Of a DNA stretch of 64,000 nucleotides, positions 44,279-60,493 are shown piece by piece (position 1 is the stretch's first letter; each line of letters starts with the position of its first letter). The stretch lies in contig OX597815.1 in NCBI GenBank assembly GCA_951406725.2, positions 63,426,001-63,490,000 of the forward strand, written 5' to 3'. Under the pieces are notes generated by a model. That model was not told the origin of the DNA. It was given only the letters and a program-made list of their open reading frames with translations, and ran no database searches. Source of the stretch: Octopus vulgaris. Taxonomy: Eukaryota. Both the position numbers and the translations under genes were made by a program.

Positions 44279-44415
44279 ACGACGGGCTTCTTTCAGTTTC
44301 CGTCTACGAAATCCACTGATAATGATTTGGTCGGCCTGAGGCTATAGTTAAAGAAACCTGTCCAAGGTGCCCTGAAACTTGATCCATGTGGTTGGGAAGC
44401 AAGCTTCTAACCACA
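44279..44415 (-). mobile_element. SINE family B, 5' half
   Basis: gacgggcttctttcagtttccgtctac...catgtggttgggaagcaagctt. Confidence 0.8.
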
Positions 44416-44939
44416 TAATTTAGTCATGTTTATGAATGTTTTCACTCGTTTCTCCTATAGCCATTACCTGGCCTTCTCTCCGGAGCAGACACGTTGATTA
44501 TACCCGCGTTCTTATATTTAATATTCGAACAGTTAGATATTACAAAAGCCAAAACTAAACTTCTTAAGTTTGATAGTTACAGAAATGCATGTATCATCAG
44601 TGAAACAATCAATAAATAAACAAACAAACGTACGGAAACAGTGGTGCCTAAATATTCGTTGTTTGGATATGAATGTTGTGTTTTTTTTTTTTTTTAGCTC
44701 AAGTCAGCCTTGATGAATCAAACCAATGATCAAAGACATTCTGGCTCTGACCATCACGTATTTTTCTATGTAGAGGAAACCGTGCACTAGATGACTTAAA
44801 GCGTCCTTGACATGACAATATGATGCAATTTGTGTGAGATCTAGCTGTAATTTCTAGCAGTTTGATGACCTTGTAGAAGAAGCACCCTTGTTTGCTCGTG
44901 TTTGGATATATTGAGCTGGGGATGTCGGTAAAGATACAC

Positions 44940-46330
<1,391 letters not shown>

Positions 46331-46796
46331 CAACATTGTAATTTTCTTCTTTTCTTGTATATCCCGTATTTTGAGAATAATATTGACGATGGATTTAGGT
46401 TTCCAATGAGACATTCAAAGATTCATAATATTTACTGTGACCAGAATTATCGAAGAGTGTATTTCTTTACTAATGGAATAGGATGAATGCAAATCGGGAT
46501 TTTTTGTGAACCGGTTTGCCACTTTTTACGCGAGAATTTACACTTTGTTCACCGCTATGAATCAGTCAAAGATGTATACACCCATCAGTCAAAGATTATA
46601 CACCCACACGCAGTTGCACACATTCGTAGACATATATATATATTTATATATACACATACACAAATACAGATGCATATTTTATTACTTTGGCGATATAGGA
46701 ATGTACAGTTATTAAAATGCATGTGTATGCATATGTTTATGCATGTTTGTATGTATGTATGTATGTATGTATGTATGTATGTATGTATGCGATTTT

Positions 46797-47150
46797 AGGA
46801 CTGTGTCAAGTACTCATTAAAGGCCAGTGATACGCAGGAGACTGACTGGGAGAGCAATGCCTGTTATCGCCGCAGATGGAGGAAGCAGGTTAAGGAAGGG
46901 GTCGACACCTTTGAGAGAGCACGTATTCAGCATGAATAACTTAAGTGTGCTGCTCTAAAACGCACTCCTGGTGTAGTGAATGGGGAAAGCTTGGTTTGCG
47001 ATGTTTGCAGTCATGTATGCTTGTCAAGAGCAGGGCTCGTTAGCCACCAACGGAGTCGCAAATGCAAAATATAAGTTAATCCTAGAGCGTACAATGTTCC
47101 TGAAAGTCAGCAATAGTCCTCCTCGGCAACGAGTGGACGGCCATCATCGT

Positions 47151-47155
<5 letters not shown>
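46797..47155 (+). mobile_element. 3' end of an RTE (BovB-type) LINE with C-terminal C2H2 finger
   Basis: DCVKYSLK...WESNA.YRRRWRKQVKEG...CDVCSHVCLSRAGLVSHQRS; (CAT)-like tail. Confidence 0.8.
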
Positions 47156-47205
<50 letters not shown>

Positions 47206-47289
47206 CGTATGTACGTATGTACGTATGTACGTATGTATGTATGTATGTATGTATGTATAATTGGGGTGTCATGACACATAAATTTGAGG

Positions 47290-50131
47290 TGATATAACAC
47301 GAAACTACCAGACCGATAACCTAGACACTCATCGGCACCTATGCCATTTTAAGCAATGTGGCTCTGAGTGAACCTCTTATCAAATACATACTACATATAT
47401 TGACTGGTGAACCAAAGCTGACTCGTCCCGGACACAGCAATAGGTGGCGGATAGTGAAATTTCCCCTCATATATGTGGAACAACTGCAAAATACATAGAC
47501 ACAGGTCTGACGAATTAGCTTCGCGGGCCAACAACTGCAGTGGATCGTCAGGGTTCAGTGGGCCATTGTGTGGTAGCAATGGGCTTACAAAAGTTTCAAA
47601 AGCTCTATAACAGTACTGTGATTAGGCGGGAAAAGGTCGCTTTAAATAAGCTTTGCCGAATAGGGCAGATGATGCTCTCATCTACGTGAAAGCAGACCAT
47701 CTTGAAGCTGGCAAACTCCGACTCCAAACAGACCACAATTGACTCTCTGGCTTTTTTTTAGGTTTGAGCCTAGAGCTAGCAACCCCACCTTGTAAAAGAA
47801 ACACCTGCTATGGAAACGATGAGTCACAATAACAGCTATATACAGAGGCGAAGAAAGGGTGGTAAATTATCTACCGATGCGAGTATATCGAGTTCGGGGG
47901 GAACCCGTAAGGAAGCTCGAGCTCTGACGAACCAGATCTTCAATATCAAAACTATAATCAAAGTAGGCACTTTGACCAGGCGCTGAAGGAAATGAAAGCC
48001 TATTGCCTAGACGTAATGGGTGCCAACGAGATCAGATGGACTGGAGAGGGGCAATTCCACTGCAATGAGATGACTGTTCTGTGCTCTGGGCATGAAGACC
48101 AGCCTATACATGTAAGGAGGCATCACAAGCACTGATTGGATAGAAGCCAGTTATCAACCGAATAATCACAACTAGGTTGAACATTGGAATTGCAAAAGTG
48201 ACCATAGTGCAAATTTATGTCCCTACAGACTCAGCTGAAACATATTAAGAACGCATTTTACAAGCAGCTACACAGTGTCATTGACGAATCCTCTAGTTTC
48301 GACTTCAAACTAGTCAAAGGTGATTTCAATGCCATGATCAACCCAGGCAGATAGGGTATTGGGGTGATCACTAGCCTTCGTGGCTTACAAGATGAAATCA
48401 GCAGCCATAGAGAAAAATTGCTAAATCTCGGCAACACATGTGACCTTAGTGTCGGAAACACTATCTTCAGACATAAACGCATACACAAGATGACGTGGAC
48501 ATCACCTGATGGAAGCATACGGAATGAAACTGACAATATCTTTATAAGCACAAGGCAGCGTAGTTCCCTTCAAGACTTTTGCACCTACCAGGGAGCAGAT
48601 GTAGGATCTGACCACAATCTTGTGATAGGAAAAGTTTGCTGGAAGCTGAAGAAAAACAAGGTTGCAAAGAAAGTGAGATCGTACGCATTAGAAAGATTGA
48701 AAGACCTACGGATAGCAGATATTTTTCATGAGGTACTGCAAAGCAGATTCTAGGCACTGGAAAAGGCAGATGACATTGAAGACCAGCGGATAATGTTTAC
48801 GCGGGCTGTGAGGGAGAAAGCAGATGAGGTACTCGGAAGAAGAGGAACTCACTGGGAACGATGGATTACAGACAACTCGTGGAGACTTGTCGACAAGAGG
48901 TCGAAGCAATAAGGGACCAGGCCAAAACAAAATAAAGTGGAGCACAGAGGATGCAAAATACAAAGAGTTGAACAAACACATAAAAAAGAGCTGCCGCAAA
49001 GATAGGAGGAAGTGGCTAGGGGACAAACAGTAGAAGCACAAGAGGCAGCGGATGCTAACGACACCAAGACACTTTACCGGATAGTTAGAGAATTGAGTAG
49101 AAGCCGCTGTGAGAGCAGTGTTCCAATTAAAAGTAAGGACGGTCGTATCCTACTATCAAGTGAAGAACAGAATCAGAGATGGATCGAACACTTTCAGCGG
49201 GCTTTGAACCCTGTACCTCCATTATAAATGTCGTGTCAGAATAAATGGCGGAAACACCGAGATGTTCGATATTGTTATTGGGCTACACAGGGATGCATCC
49301 TGTCACCCACAGGCAGGGATCAGATGGGATGAAGGGAGGTTATGTAACATGGATTATGCAGTTGTCGTGGTTGTTAACCACACACCTGAAGTACTGCAAC
49401 AACTAACCAATAACCTCAACAGCAATGCAGTTAAAGTGGGCATGCACACAGGCTGTGAGAAGACAAAAAGTACGACCACTAATACGCCAATAAATCTTTC
49501 AGTAACAGTTGGAAGCAACAGTCTGAAAAGCAAAGCGAATTTCAAATATCTAGGAAGAACCATCCACTATGATGGCGACGCGAAAGGTAATGTACAAGCC
49601 CGTATTGGACAAGCTTCAGGTGTATTCAGACGACTTTGCCAGTCCAGTCCAATAATTCCATCACCAAAGGTGTGAAAATCCATCTCTATATGTCGATTGT
49701 AGTGCCTACTGCTATCTATATGTGCGGAACGTGTAAAAGCACAGTAAGCATCATCAACAAATTGGACGTTTTCCTTAAGCGATGCATTCGTGTTATACTT
49801 GGAAAATCGTGGAGGTACTACATATCCAATGAGGAGGACATTACGGTGGTCAGGGCTAGACAACCTATCAGACATCGTTAAAAGGCAAAGATTACGATTC
49901 ATTGGATATATAATATGGCTAACGGAACACAGGCTACCACACATTGTATTGACATGGACACCGGCTGAGAGCAAACGAGGGAGAGGGAAGCTGCCTCAAA
50001 ATTGGTGCAGTACTCTCCGAGAAGAACAGCAATTGACTTGGACTGATGCAAAAACGTCTCCAGCAGATCACACTCAGTGGAAGCAACTCGTTGCCCAATG
50101 AACCGTTAAGAACAGGTGGAACTAAGACTAA
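47290..50131 (+). mobile_element. Degenerate RTE-clade LINE with a large internal deletion in the RT
   Basis: EIRWTGEG; GDFNA; GNTIFRHKRIHKMTWTSPDG; GADVGSDHNLV; WIEHF; GCILSP; FKYLG; RLRFIG; KRGRG; 5' boundary approximate. Confidence 0.85.
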
Positions 50132-50616
50132 TACATGTATTGAGTAGTACTTCCTTTTATTTGCTCTATCCTTCGCATACACACACAAGAATGATAGAGA
50201 GATAGAGAGAAGGGGAGGGAAAGAGATACTGAAAACAAAAATGAATTCACAATAAAATTATTAGGTTGCTACTCGGAGACCAAAAACCGATTACGAGGCT
50301 TCGGATATTGTCCTTTCTCAAAATATAGAATAAAGAGTGGAAAGAAAAGAAAGACAAGAGATTAAAAAGTAATGTCCACGCAAAATAACCCTGTTAGTTT
50401 ATATGGAGGCCGTTAACTGATTAGAATTTGTCGGCAGTCCAAACCTGATGTTCACATCGAATATAAAGGGGCGATACAACCAACATTTTGCTTTAAGATA
50501 CCAACTTCAGCACCACCGATAGTCATATCTATAATTCCTGTACAAGATATATCACCAAAGTGGTGTAGTTTTGAAACATTTTACAACGGAATGCTTGTTA
50601 GCATCTTCCAACATAT

Positions 50617-50815
50617 AAGGCGGTGTGCTGACAGAACCGTTAGCACGCCAAGCAAATTGCTTAGCGGCATTTCGTCCGTCTGTACATTTTGAATTCAAAT
50701 TCTACCGCGGTCTATTTTGCCTTTCATCATTTGAGGATCGATAAAATAAGTACTGGGGTCAATGTAAGAGACTATCCCCCTTCCTTGAAAATGCTGGCTT
50801 TGAGCCAAAATTTGA
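50617..50815 (+). mobile_element. SINE family A
   Basis: aaggcggtgtgctgacagaaccgttagcacgcc...tttgcctttcatc. Confidence 0.85.
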
Positions 50816-50929
50816 TACCAATATACTTGGAGACCCAAATATACTTGGAGACCCGAAATAAAAGTGAAATTACTCCAGGTAGGCCTGACCAACTTTTTTC
50901 TTATACAAAAATCATAGAAAATGGTAGCA

Positions 50930-51100
50930 GACAGACAGACAAACCAGAAGGCTGAAAATAATAGACCTGATATTATTTTCTATAAAAATGTCAGCAGCCT
51001 ATAAATAGACGTCACAAAAATAACAAATGAGCAAAACGCAATGTGGAAGTGGGATAAAAATAGCAAGGAACTATACTGACTTAGTAAGTTAGAATCACCA
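50930..51100 (+). pseudogene. Very degenerate Dong-type endonuclease fragment
   Basis: QTDK..NNRPDIIF...IDV. Confidence 0.4.
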
Positions 51101-51613
51101 TTAGTGTAGAAACAGTTTCAATATGGATGACGTTAATCTTGCCTGGAATTCTCTGTAGTAACGAAAAACTGTCGACGACGAAGAATACAATGCACTGTAC
51201 ACTATATCGTGATAGGTTGTATATACAAACCACACCCGTAGACCACCAACAGAATGAAATAAAAATACTACAGATGGAATATTAGCCGGACATGCAAGAA
51301 TATTGTTACTGTAGAAGCTTCCAACTGTGTACAGAATTACTTTGGCATTTTATGTTCAATTACTACTGAAATATATCCTAAAGATAAGGACTACTCCCTT
51401 GATCCTTCCAGTCGCCGAAACACTCAAGGAATACAACGGAACACACCACTAATAGCGTCTGATCAAGCACCAATGATCTCTACAACGAAAGAACAGCTAA
51501 AGACCAAGGCATGGGTGTACAGAAGTTCATTTTCCAACTACGTGGGGTTGACAAATGATAATAGAAACTATACAAGAAACCGTCCTTTGCAAATATTCAT
51601 CCATCCATCCCAA

Positions 51614-51736
<123 letters not shown>

Positions 51737-52338
51737 ATGTCGCCACAATATATATATATATATAATAAGAAGTAACAACAAAAGAATGAGACATCGATAT
51801 TAGATAAAATAAAGGATTATTTATATATGTTATAACTTAGAGCAAACAGTAACAGGTGTCGGAGCAAAGAGCTACGGTGCATTCTCGTCAGATATTTATG
51901 GCAACAGACGATATGAAAAACTGTTGAATAAATGGGAAGTTACTCTAATAGATAGAAAAAGAAAGAAAACAAGATAAAAAATACACGGAACCATATTCTC
52001 ACGATACATAGACATAAACCTCTTGCGTTCACAACGTTTACATACGTACACACTCACAGAAACATGTATGCATACATGCGTATACACACACAAACATATA
52101 TGTGTATGTACGTACTCATACATGTACACATATTTACACACGCACACGTGTATATATATGTATGCACCCTGATCCTCATATACACATAGGTGTTTACATG
52201 CATACACGCAACATAATAAATATATATTTAGGCATTTATACATATAAATATACGTATATATATACAGACATACATTCACACTCCCGCATCCGAACAAATA
52301 CATATATGTACATATATATACACACATACATACATACA

Positions 52339-52374
<36 letters not shown>

Positions 52375-52388
52375 TATATACATATATA

Positions 52389-52431
<43 letters not shown>

Positions 52432-52876
52432 GCGTACCCTTCCATCACACACCTACACCCGCACATATGTACTGGACACAGTGCTACGCTCATAGATATA
52501 CACATACACATATATATACACAGGCACATACATATACAAATAAAATATATACATATGCATATACTCACACACGTACACATTCACACAATTAAAAAAGAAA
52601 CCGGAAAAAATGAAAAATACATAAAGAAATAAAACTTATGGAAGTTAAGACCTACGGGAAAGCTTGTGCAAGAACAAACTAAAAATGTGAATTCTAGCCG
52701 TGATCTTGAGGGGCCCAAAGCCGTCACAAGTACTTTGTCATATGTGGACATGTGACAAAAATGAAAGGCAAAGTCAACCTCGGCGGAATTTGAACTCAGA
52801 ACGTAAAGACAGACGAAATACCGCTAAGCATTTCACCCAATGTGCTAACGTATATATATATATATATACATATGTA

Positions 52877-53585
<709 letters not shown>

Positions 53586-53596
53586 TATGTATATAC

Positions 53597-53634
<38 letters not shown>

Positions 53635-53658
53635 ATATTCATATATATATACATATTA

Positions 53659-53702
<44 letters not shown>

Positions 53703-53945
53703 TATATCTGTATATATATATCTGTATATATATATGTATATATATGAATATGTATATATATATATGTATATATATGAATATGTATATATATATATATAAA
53801 TGATGTGTGTGTGTATATAATGCATATATATATATACATATGTATATATATATATAAATGCATTTATACACACACACACACACATATATATATACATATT
53901 CATAAATATACATATATATGTATATATACATATATGTATATATAC

Positions 53946-53991
<46 letters not shown>

Positions 53992-53992
<1 letters not shown>

Positions 53993-54465
53993 ATTAGTGT
54001 ACAGTTATACACAAAAGAGGTGACCCTAACAGGACACTTTACATGCTAGAAGGAACAGCTAAAATCCAAACCACGGTTAAGAACAATTTCGAAGGGAATG
54101 AAAAATAAAAGCATTTACCATATTTCTTTACCGGAATTAGGTTTCGAAATTTAATTAACAAATAAAATAATTTCCTAAGCGAAGTTCTCATCAACGGGTA
54201 CGCCAAAGATTAGTATATAATTATGTGATAAAATAGCACATCTCATCTCTGTATATTATAACTTTTCAAATCCACCGCGCAAGCACAGTTTTAGTTGGCA
54301 GCAAATAAAAATGTTGACTTACTAAAATCATGTTAAGGAAGCTGTAAGTTGTCCTGTTAGGGTCACCTCTTTTTTGTTTAAATGTACACTAATTTTATTT
54401 AAAATATATATTGTCTATTGACTATTTTATACATGTAGAAAAATTTCTATAATTTTCCTACCCTG
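53992..54465 (+). mobile_element. Fold-back element, family H1: arms 53992-54043 / 54343-54394, right tail, hammerhead-like motif in spacer (54126-54197, minus)
   Basis: aattagtgtaca...aagaggtgaccctaacaggaca vs tgtcctgttagggtcacctctt...tgtacactaatt; tail gtctattgacta...taccctg; TTGATGA-gaa...ttc-GAAA-cc..g-GTA. Confidence 0.85.
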
Positions 54466-54739
54466 TGTATATATATTGAATATATATATATCTTCAATGA
54501 CACTCCTACTGTTCCTCACGATGGGATCAGAGTAATAGCAGGCACAGAGACGGTGAGGGCGGTGACGAAGATAGACAGACAGACAAAGAAAGAAAGAGAC
54601 AGAGAGGGAGAGAAAGAGTGGGTATATGAGAGAAAGAAAGTGATGATATACAAATTTGCTTAACCATGTCTCTTTGACAGAAATTCCTGTCGCCAGCATA
54701 CTGAACACTATTACTTTTGCTTTATTTTTGCTTTCTTTA

Positions 54740-54823
<84 letters not shown>

Positions 54824-54971
54824 ACACAAAAAACACACACACATAAAATACACTTTAATTGAAATAAAGATTCCCCAAAATTAAACGTATCTAATATAAT
54901 AAATGTGAATGTCAGTGCGTCACACTTATTCAACTTTAATAAATCCTTTCTACTTGAAGTACAAGGTCTCT

Positions 54972-55333
54972 TATTTCGGTGGAAGTGATTCGGTCGATAA
55001 CATCGACTCCAGAACATAACTGGCACTAATTTTATCAATCCCGATGGGATAAAAGGTAAAGTCGGCTTCGGCGGAATTTGAACTCAAAATTTAACGGAAG
55101 ACGGAATACCTATTTCTTTACTACCCACAAGGGGCTAAATACAGAGAGGACAAACAAGGAAAGACAAAAGGATTAAGACGATTATATCGACCCCAGTGCG
55201 TAACTGGTACTTATTTAATCGACCCCGAAAGGATGAAAGGCAAAGTCGACCTCGGGGGAATTTGAACTCAGAACGTAACGGCTGACGAAGCATTTCGCCC
55301 GGCGCGCTAACGTTTCTGCCAGCTCGCCGCCTT
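54972..55333 (-). mobile_element. SINE family A, dimeric form with linker cassette
   Basis: Two ggaatttgaactca units joined by tacctatttctttactacccacaagggg... Confidence 0.85.
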
Positions 55334-55508
55334 AATATAATACAATACAATACAATATAATATAATACAACATAATGTAATATAATATAATGTAATGTAA
55401 TATAATATAATGTAGTATAATATATGTGAATGACAGTGTGTCAGTGTGTCATACTTTTTCAACTTTACTCATTGAGGCCGTAGCCCAACATATACCATTT
55501 TGGAATCA

Positions 55509-55812
55509 GGCTGACTCTGTGAGTAAATAAAAACATTCTGGGCCGAATCCAGAACCACAATTCTGAAATTTTGGATTCCCAAGTTTTCATTACTGTGATT
55601 GTTTTCGGCGATTTTTTTTTACGTGACTTTTTGCGACAAATTTTTTTTGTACGATAACAAATTTTATAATCTAAAGGCTAACTCCATGAGTAAATTAAAA
55701 ACATTTCAGGACGAATCCGGACCTGCAGTCCTGAAATTTTGGATTCCTATCTTTTCATAACTTTGATTGATTTTGGTGATTTCTTTTACAAGTTTTTTTT
55801 TTTTGTGACAAA
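55509..55812. repeat. Diverged tandem duplication, period ~167 bp
   Basis: ggct.actc..tgagtaaat..aaaacatt...ctgaaattttggattcc at 55509 and 55676. Confidence 0.8.
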
Positions 55813-56009
55813 TATGATCATTATTGGGATATGAATCTGCAGGAGGCAATTGCAACAAATTCTCCAAAACAAGTCAGAGATCTGTTTGTAGGTCTTCACA
55901 TTCAGGGTCAGTTGCTTAAAAGCTATATACTAGCTTAAAAGCCGCCCGATAGGCATCTTGATGCAAACAAGAAAAAGAGAACTCAAAATATGAATATATG
56001 TATATTTTT

Positions 56010-56446
56010 ATTAATATTTAGTATAAGTAACAGAGTGACTCAAGGTTCGAGAGTTTCGTGTGTTGGCACTTATTAAATTATTCACAGGTCGAAGGTCTGT
56101 AAGTTTATATAGATGTTGACAGATAAATATATTTCCCTATGGAATGTTCTAGAACGTATTATAATAATGTCACGTGGATAATTCAAACTGTTTACCCGTT
56201 ATGTCGTTCAATAAGCAAATACATAAATTTGCTTATTGAACGACATCTCGGGCAAACATTTTGAATTATCCGCGTGACATTATTATAATACGTTCTAGAA
56301 CATTCCATAGGGAAATATATTTATCTATTTTATCAGCAGCTATAAAAACTCACAGGTCTTTGACCTCTGAATACTTTGATAAATGGTGCTAACGCACGAA
56401 ACTCTCGGGCCTTGGGTCACTCTGTTACTTCTATTTGATATTAATA
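56010..56446. repeat. Fold-back palindrome, ~210-bp arms, ~6-nt loop, hammerhead-like remnant in the arms
   Basis: Centre caataagcaaat-acataa-atttgcttattg; TTGATAA..gtgc(taac)gcac-GAAA-ctctcg at 56376-56412. Confidence 0.92.
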
Positions 56447-56455
56447 TATGTATTG

Positions 56456-56631
56456 TATAAAAGATCGTGGGTAAAGCCAAAATAATGCGAAGTAAATGCA
56501 AGGTAAACCACAGGAAAACAAATATGTGAATTAATGTAGATTTACCTTGTATTCAATATTTCGAGATTATGATCCCATCTCCAAAAAATTGACGAATGTT
56601 GCCGATGTGGCCTTACCCACGATCTTTTATA
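56456..56631. repeat. Fold-back inverted repeat, 24-bp arms with an inner hairpin
   Basis: tataaaagatcgtgggtaaagcca / tggccttacccacgatcttttata; inner tgcaaggtaaa / tttaccttgta. Confidence 0.85.
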
Positions 56632-56674
56632 GAATATATTCTACACAATGCTTCATAGTAATTATTCCATTATA

Positions 56675-56732
<58 letters not shown>

Positions 56733-56889
56733 TTATTTATCTATCTATTTCATATATGTACCACAGGTAAATGCATATATGTCTATTGTGTGTATATTAC
56801 CCTGTATGTATCTGTGTATTATTTACGATTTTCTCTCTCTCTTCTCTTCCCTACTGTCTTTAGTTATGTGGTGTGTGTGTGGTGGGTGT

Positions 56890-57277
56890 TACTGTTCCGG
56901 TCGTGTTTTCTATTGAGGCTCGGTCTGTTTACTGCTATGTGTATAGCCTCTGTGATCTAAGTGTCCTGTCATTTCTATGTGTGAATAGTATTTTAACCTC
57001 TATGCTAATATTCGAGCCTCAATGTTGGTAGAGCGCTGACGAGCTTTTCTCTGACGTTCTCCTATGCTGCGTGCAGTCTCTGCAATGTAGGTAGCTGTCA
57101 TGTTTCTGCACCGTCCCCCAGTACATCGTAAGCTATACACTACATTCCTAACCTTACAGTTAGTTAACCCGTGGGTTCTTCCTATATACAAAAAATTGCA
57201 CGCTGTACAGAGGGACTTATGAATGGGACAGATGCTACAGATCAGGAATTTTATAAGGGCATCAGGCCTCTCTACTG

Positions 57278-57280
<3 letters not shown>
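56890..57280 (-). pseudogene. Penelope-like element GIY-YIG endonuclease fragment (3' end of ORF)
   Basis: CSICPIHKSLCTACNF...NCKVRNVVYSLRC...C...TYIAETARSIGER, then after frameshifts EAIHIAVNRPSLNRK. Confidence 0.85.
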
Positions 57281-57331
<51 letters not shown>

Positions 57332-57342
57332 TGTGTGTGTGT

Positions 57343-57569
57343 ATGCGTACCAGAGTAAGCACATAAATGTGAAACAAGGTGAAGAAAATAGTACTGGAAT
57401 ACCGGAGGTAGAGTAATGTCCTTTTTTATTAATGCTGCAAAAACATCACAAAAATATCACAAGAAACTGCTACTCAGAGTTTCATGTTCCCATTCTCAAC
57501 TATGTCCGACGAACTGAAACGTGAAACTCTGAGTAGCAGTTTTTCGTGATATTTTTGTGATGGTTTTGC
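57343..57569 (-). mobile_element. Fold-back hairpin element (palindrome 57437-57569, left tail) with hammerhead at 57503-57538 (+)
   Basis: Arms catcacaaaaatatcac..aaactgctactcagagtttca / tgaaactctgagtagcagttt..gtgatatttttgtgatg; tgt-CCGACGA-ac..gt-GAAA-ctctga-GTA-gca. Confidence 0.85.
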
Positions 57570-57587
57570 CCGTTTCTTTCTGTGTTC

Positions 57588-57623
57588 CTTTCTGTGGAAG
57601 AGCGTAAGCTCGAAACGTTAAAG
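57588..57623 (+). ncRNA. Minimal hammerhead-like motif, variant core CUGUGGA
   Basis: cttt-CTGTGGA-a-gagc(gtaa)gctc-GAAA-CGTT-aaag. Confidence 0.55.
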
Positions 57624-58223
57624 ACTTTTTCACTTCCCGAGTTGTCTACACCACCTGTCTTCGTCTTTTGTTGTTGTTTTTTGTGTGAATTCTCCCTATA
57701 TATTTATACACACACACACATGTGTGTGTGTGTATGTATGTATGTATGTATGTATGAGTGGTAGCACAAAATTTTCTTTAAAGCCTTGTTTCTCTTGTGT
57801 TACACTGATACCCTTTTGTTACTCTCACCATCAAAAATCTACAGCTGTCAATAGAAATCTGTTTAAACAGCTACTATTGCGTTACGTAGTTATACCTATC
57901 TTCATTCTTAAATGGAGAACCTGTGGAGGTAAAGGGCATTGCCATTTCTTTCTGACGAATGAAATGAGAACTCGTAAAAGAACTGCATGAGCTTACGGGT
58001 ACAGGAAGCGAATAACTTATTTATACAGAAAGTGAGTGACCGATGGAGAAAATACGATATGTCACAGGATAAGCCAGTGTAGTGCTTGTGGAGACGGTGC
58101 CCAGGGGACCCAAGGAACTCTCAAATGTCTGACTATGCTTTATTGTTTGACCAAGTAACAAAGATGATATGGAACTGTTAGGTAAGAGATGACCATTGTG
58201 ACACGTCAAAAGAACTGCAAGTG

Positions 58224-58259
<36 letters not shown>

Positions 58260-59140
58260 ACACACAAGCACTATCACTACTAACATCAACAACAGCAGTA
58301 ACAAAATCAAAGTAAACACTAGGAACGCTGAAATCGCTGCAAGCAACCGGTCCATCTGCACCACTTGATCACCAGAATAAACATTACCGCCATATCAGGT
58401 ATACACTAAAACCGACACACCAGTTCCCCTATAACCACTATCGCCACCACCACCACCACCACCACATCACAATCACCACCACCCCTACTACAGTGCTTAT
58501 AATCAACTATCACCAACGCTAACGTTCCCCATTTCGATACCAATAATACAACTAGCTTTACCTGTACCACTAAACTTCACCTACCGTCATTGCCATGGCC
58601 ATCATCGCCTCCGCCGCCGCAACTTTTCCCCACCACCACAACCACCACAACCACCACCACCAATCAAAGCTAACATTACTACCGTATCTACCGTTGCCAC
58701 TAGTGCTATTATCACCACCACCACCACCACCACCGGAGAGAACAACCACTGATACCATCACCACCACTGTAACCACAACAGCAACCACCACTACTACCAC
58801 CATCACCACCACAACCACATCTCCACCACCACAATCATCTCCACCACCGGCTCCAGTCAGAACCGCCAGCTGTGATGTGAGCCTGTTGTAATATCAGACG
58901 CTATGAATGCTGAAGGCTGGCGTTGGATCTGTTGTGGAGAGGATTAACGTATTAGTTCCACATCATGTGACATTTGATCAAGCTATACTCACTCACACAC
59001 ACGCACACACATTCACATGTACACAGACATAGCCATACTTACATACATACATACATACAGACAGACACAGACCTCAAACACCTCCATACTAAAGACATAG
59101 ACATATGTGTGTATGTATGTTTGTATGTATGTATGTATAT

Positions 59141-59189
<49 letters not shown>

Positions 59190-60453
59190 GAGAGAGGTAA
59201 ATATAAATATAGATATATATGTGTGTGTCTGTGCATATATATATGTAAATACATTTGAGTGTGTGTATACATATATACATATATACATAAACACACACAC
59301 ACATGTATATATTTAAACATTTACACAACACTCCGCCATACACAGTCATGAACATATATATCCCGATAAATATTCACATATGTGTGTATACATACATACA
59401 TACATACATACATACATACATACACACACACACATACATACATACATACATACATACATACATACATACATACATACATGCATACACGCATACATACATA
59501 CACACATACATCCATCCATACATACATACATACATACATACATACATACATACATACATACATACATACATACATGTGTATACATATATGAATGTATTTA
59601 AGCACGTATTTGTTAATATATTCTATATCCAGTGAACCCACCTCTCTCTCACCGACACACAACTAACTCACACCCTCCCTACCTCACACATCACCTATGA
59701 TACCAAACACGCGTACAGACACGTACGAGTCTATACAAATATAAATATATACATACACGAATACAATCCTATTTATACATATAGATACTCATACCCTATT
59801 ATACATACTAGTTTATACATGCGTAGGTTTCTTGTCGCCAATATATATATATATATATATATATGATATATGATATATGATATATGATATATGATATATA
59901 TATATATGATATATATATACATGTATATATATATACACACATATATATATGTGTGTGTGTGTGTGTATGTATATATGTATGGATGGATGTGTATGCATGG
60001 TTGTATGTAAGTATGCATGTAAGTTTGTATGTATTTATGTATGCATTTTTTTCAATGTTTCTTAGGACTAAACACATTTTCTATATTCTCTCCAAGGCAC
60101 TCACCCGGTCTGTCTCTGTCTCTGTCTATGTCTGTCTGTCTCTCTCCCTCTTTTACACAAACATATGCATACATAATACATTCATACATACATACATACA
60201 TACATACATACATACATGCATACATACATACATACATACATACATACATACATACATACATACATACATACATACATACATACATACATACACATGCATA
60301 TAGATCTAGCTAACATGGGTAAATATATACAAACTTATATGTAGAAATGCGCTTCAAAATATCTATGTGTATATATATATATATATCGTTATATATACGA
60401 ATGTATGTGTGTGTTTGTGTGTGTGTGTACATGTGTAAGTGCGTGTACATGTT

Positions 60454-60493
<40 letters not shown>

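Noticed and set aside
56010-56446. Excess of G-T over A-C mismatches between arms (roughly ten versus two or three by eye), hinting at RNA-structure selection or editing
   Set aside because: Not reproduced in the 20364 (balanced) or 53010 (opposite bias) palindromes; small counts
58864-58922. cgccagc/gctggcg stem enclosing GTGATGT and CTGA, resembling a C/D box RNA
   Set aside because: C box imperfect and C-to-D spacing only about 30 nt; could arise by chance
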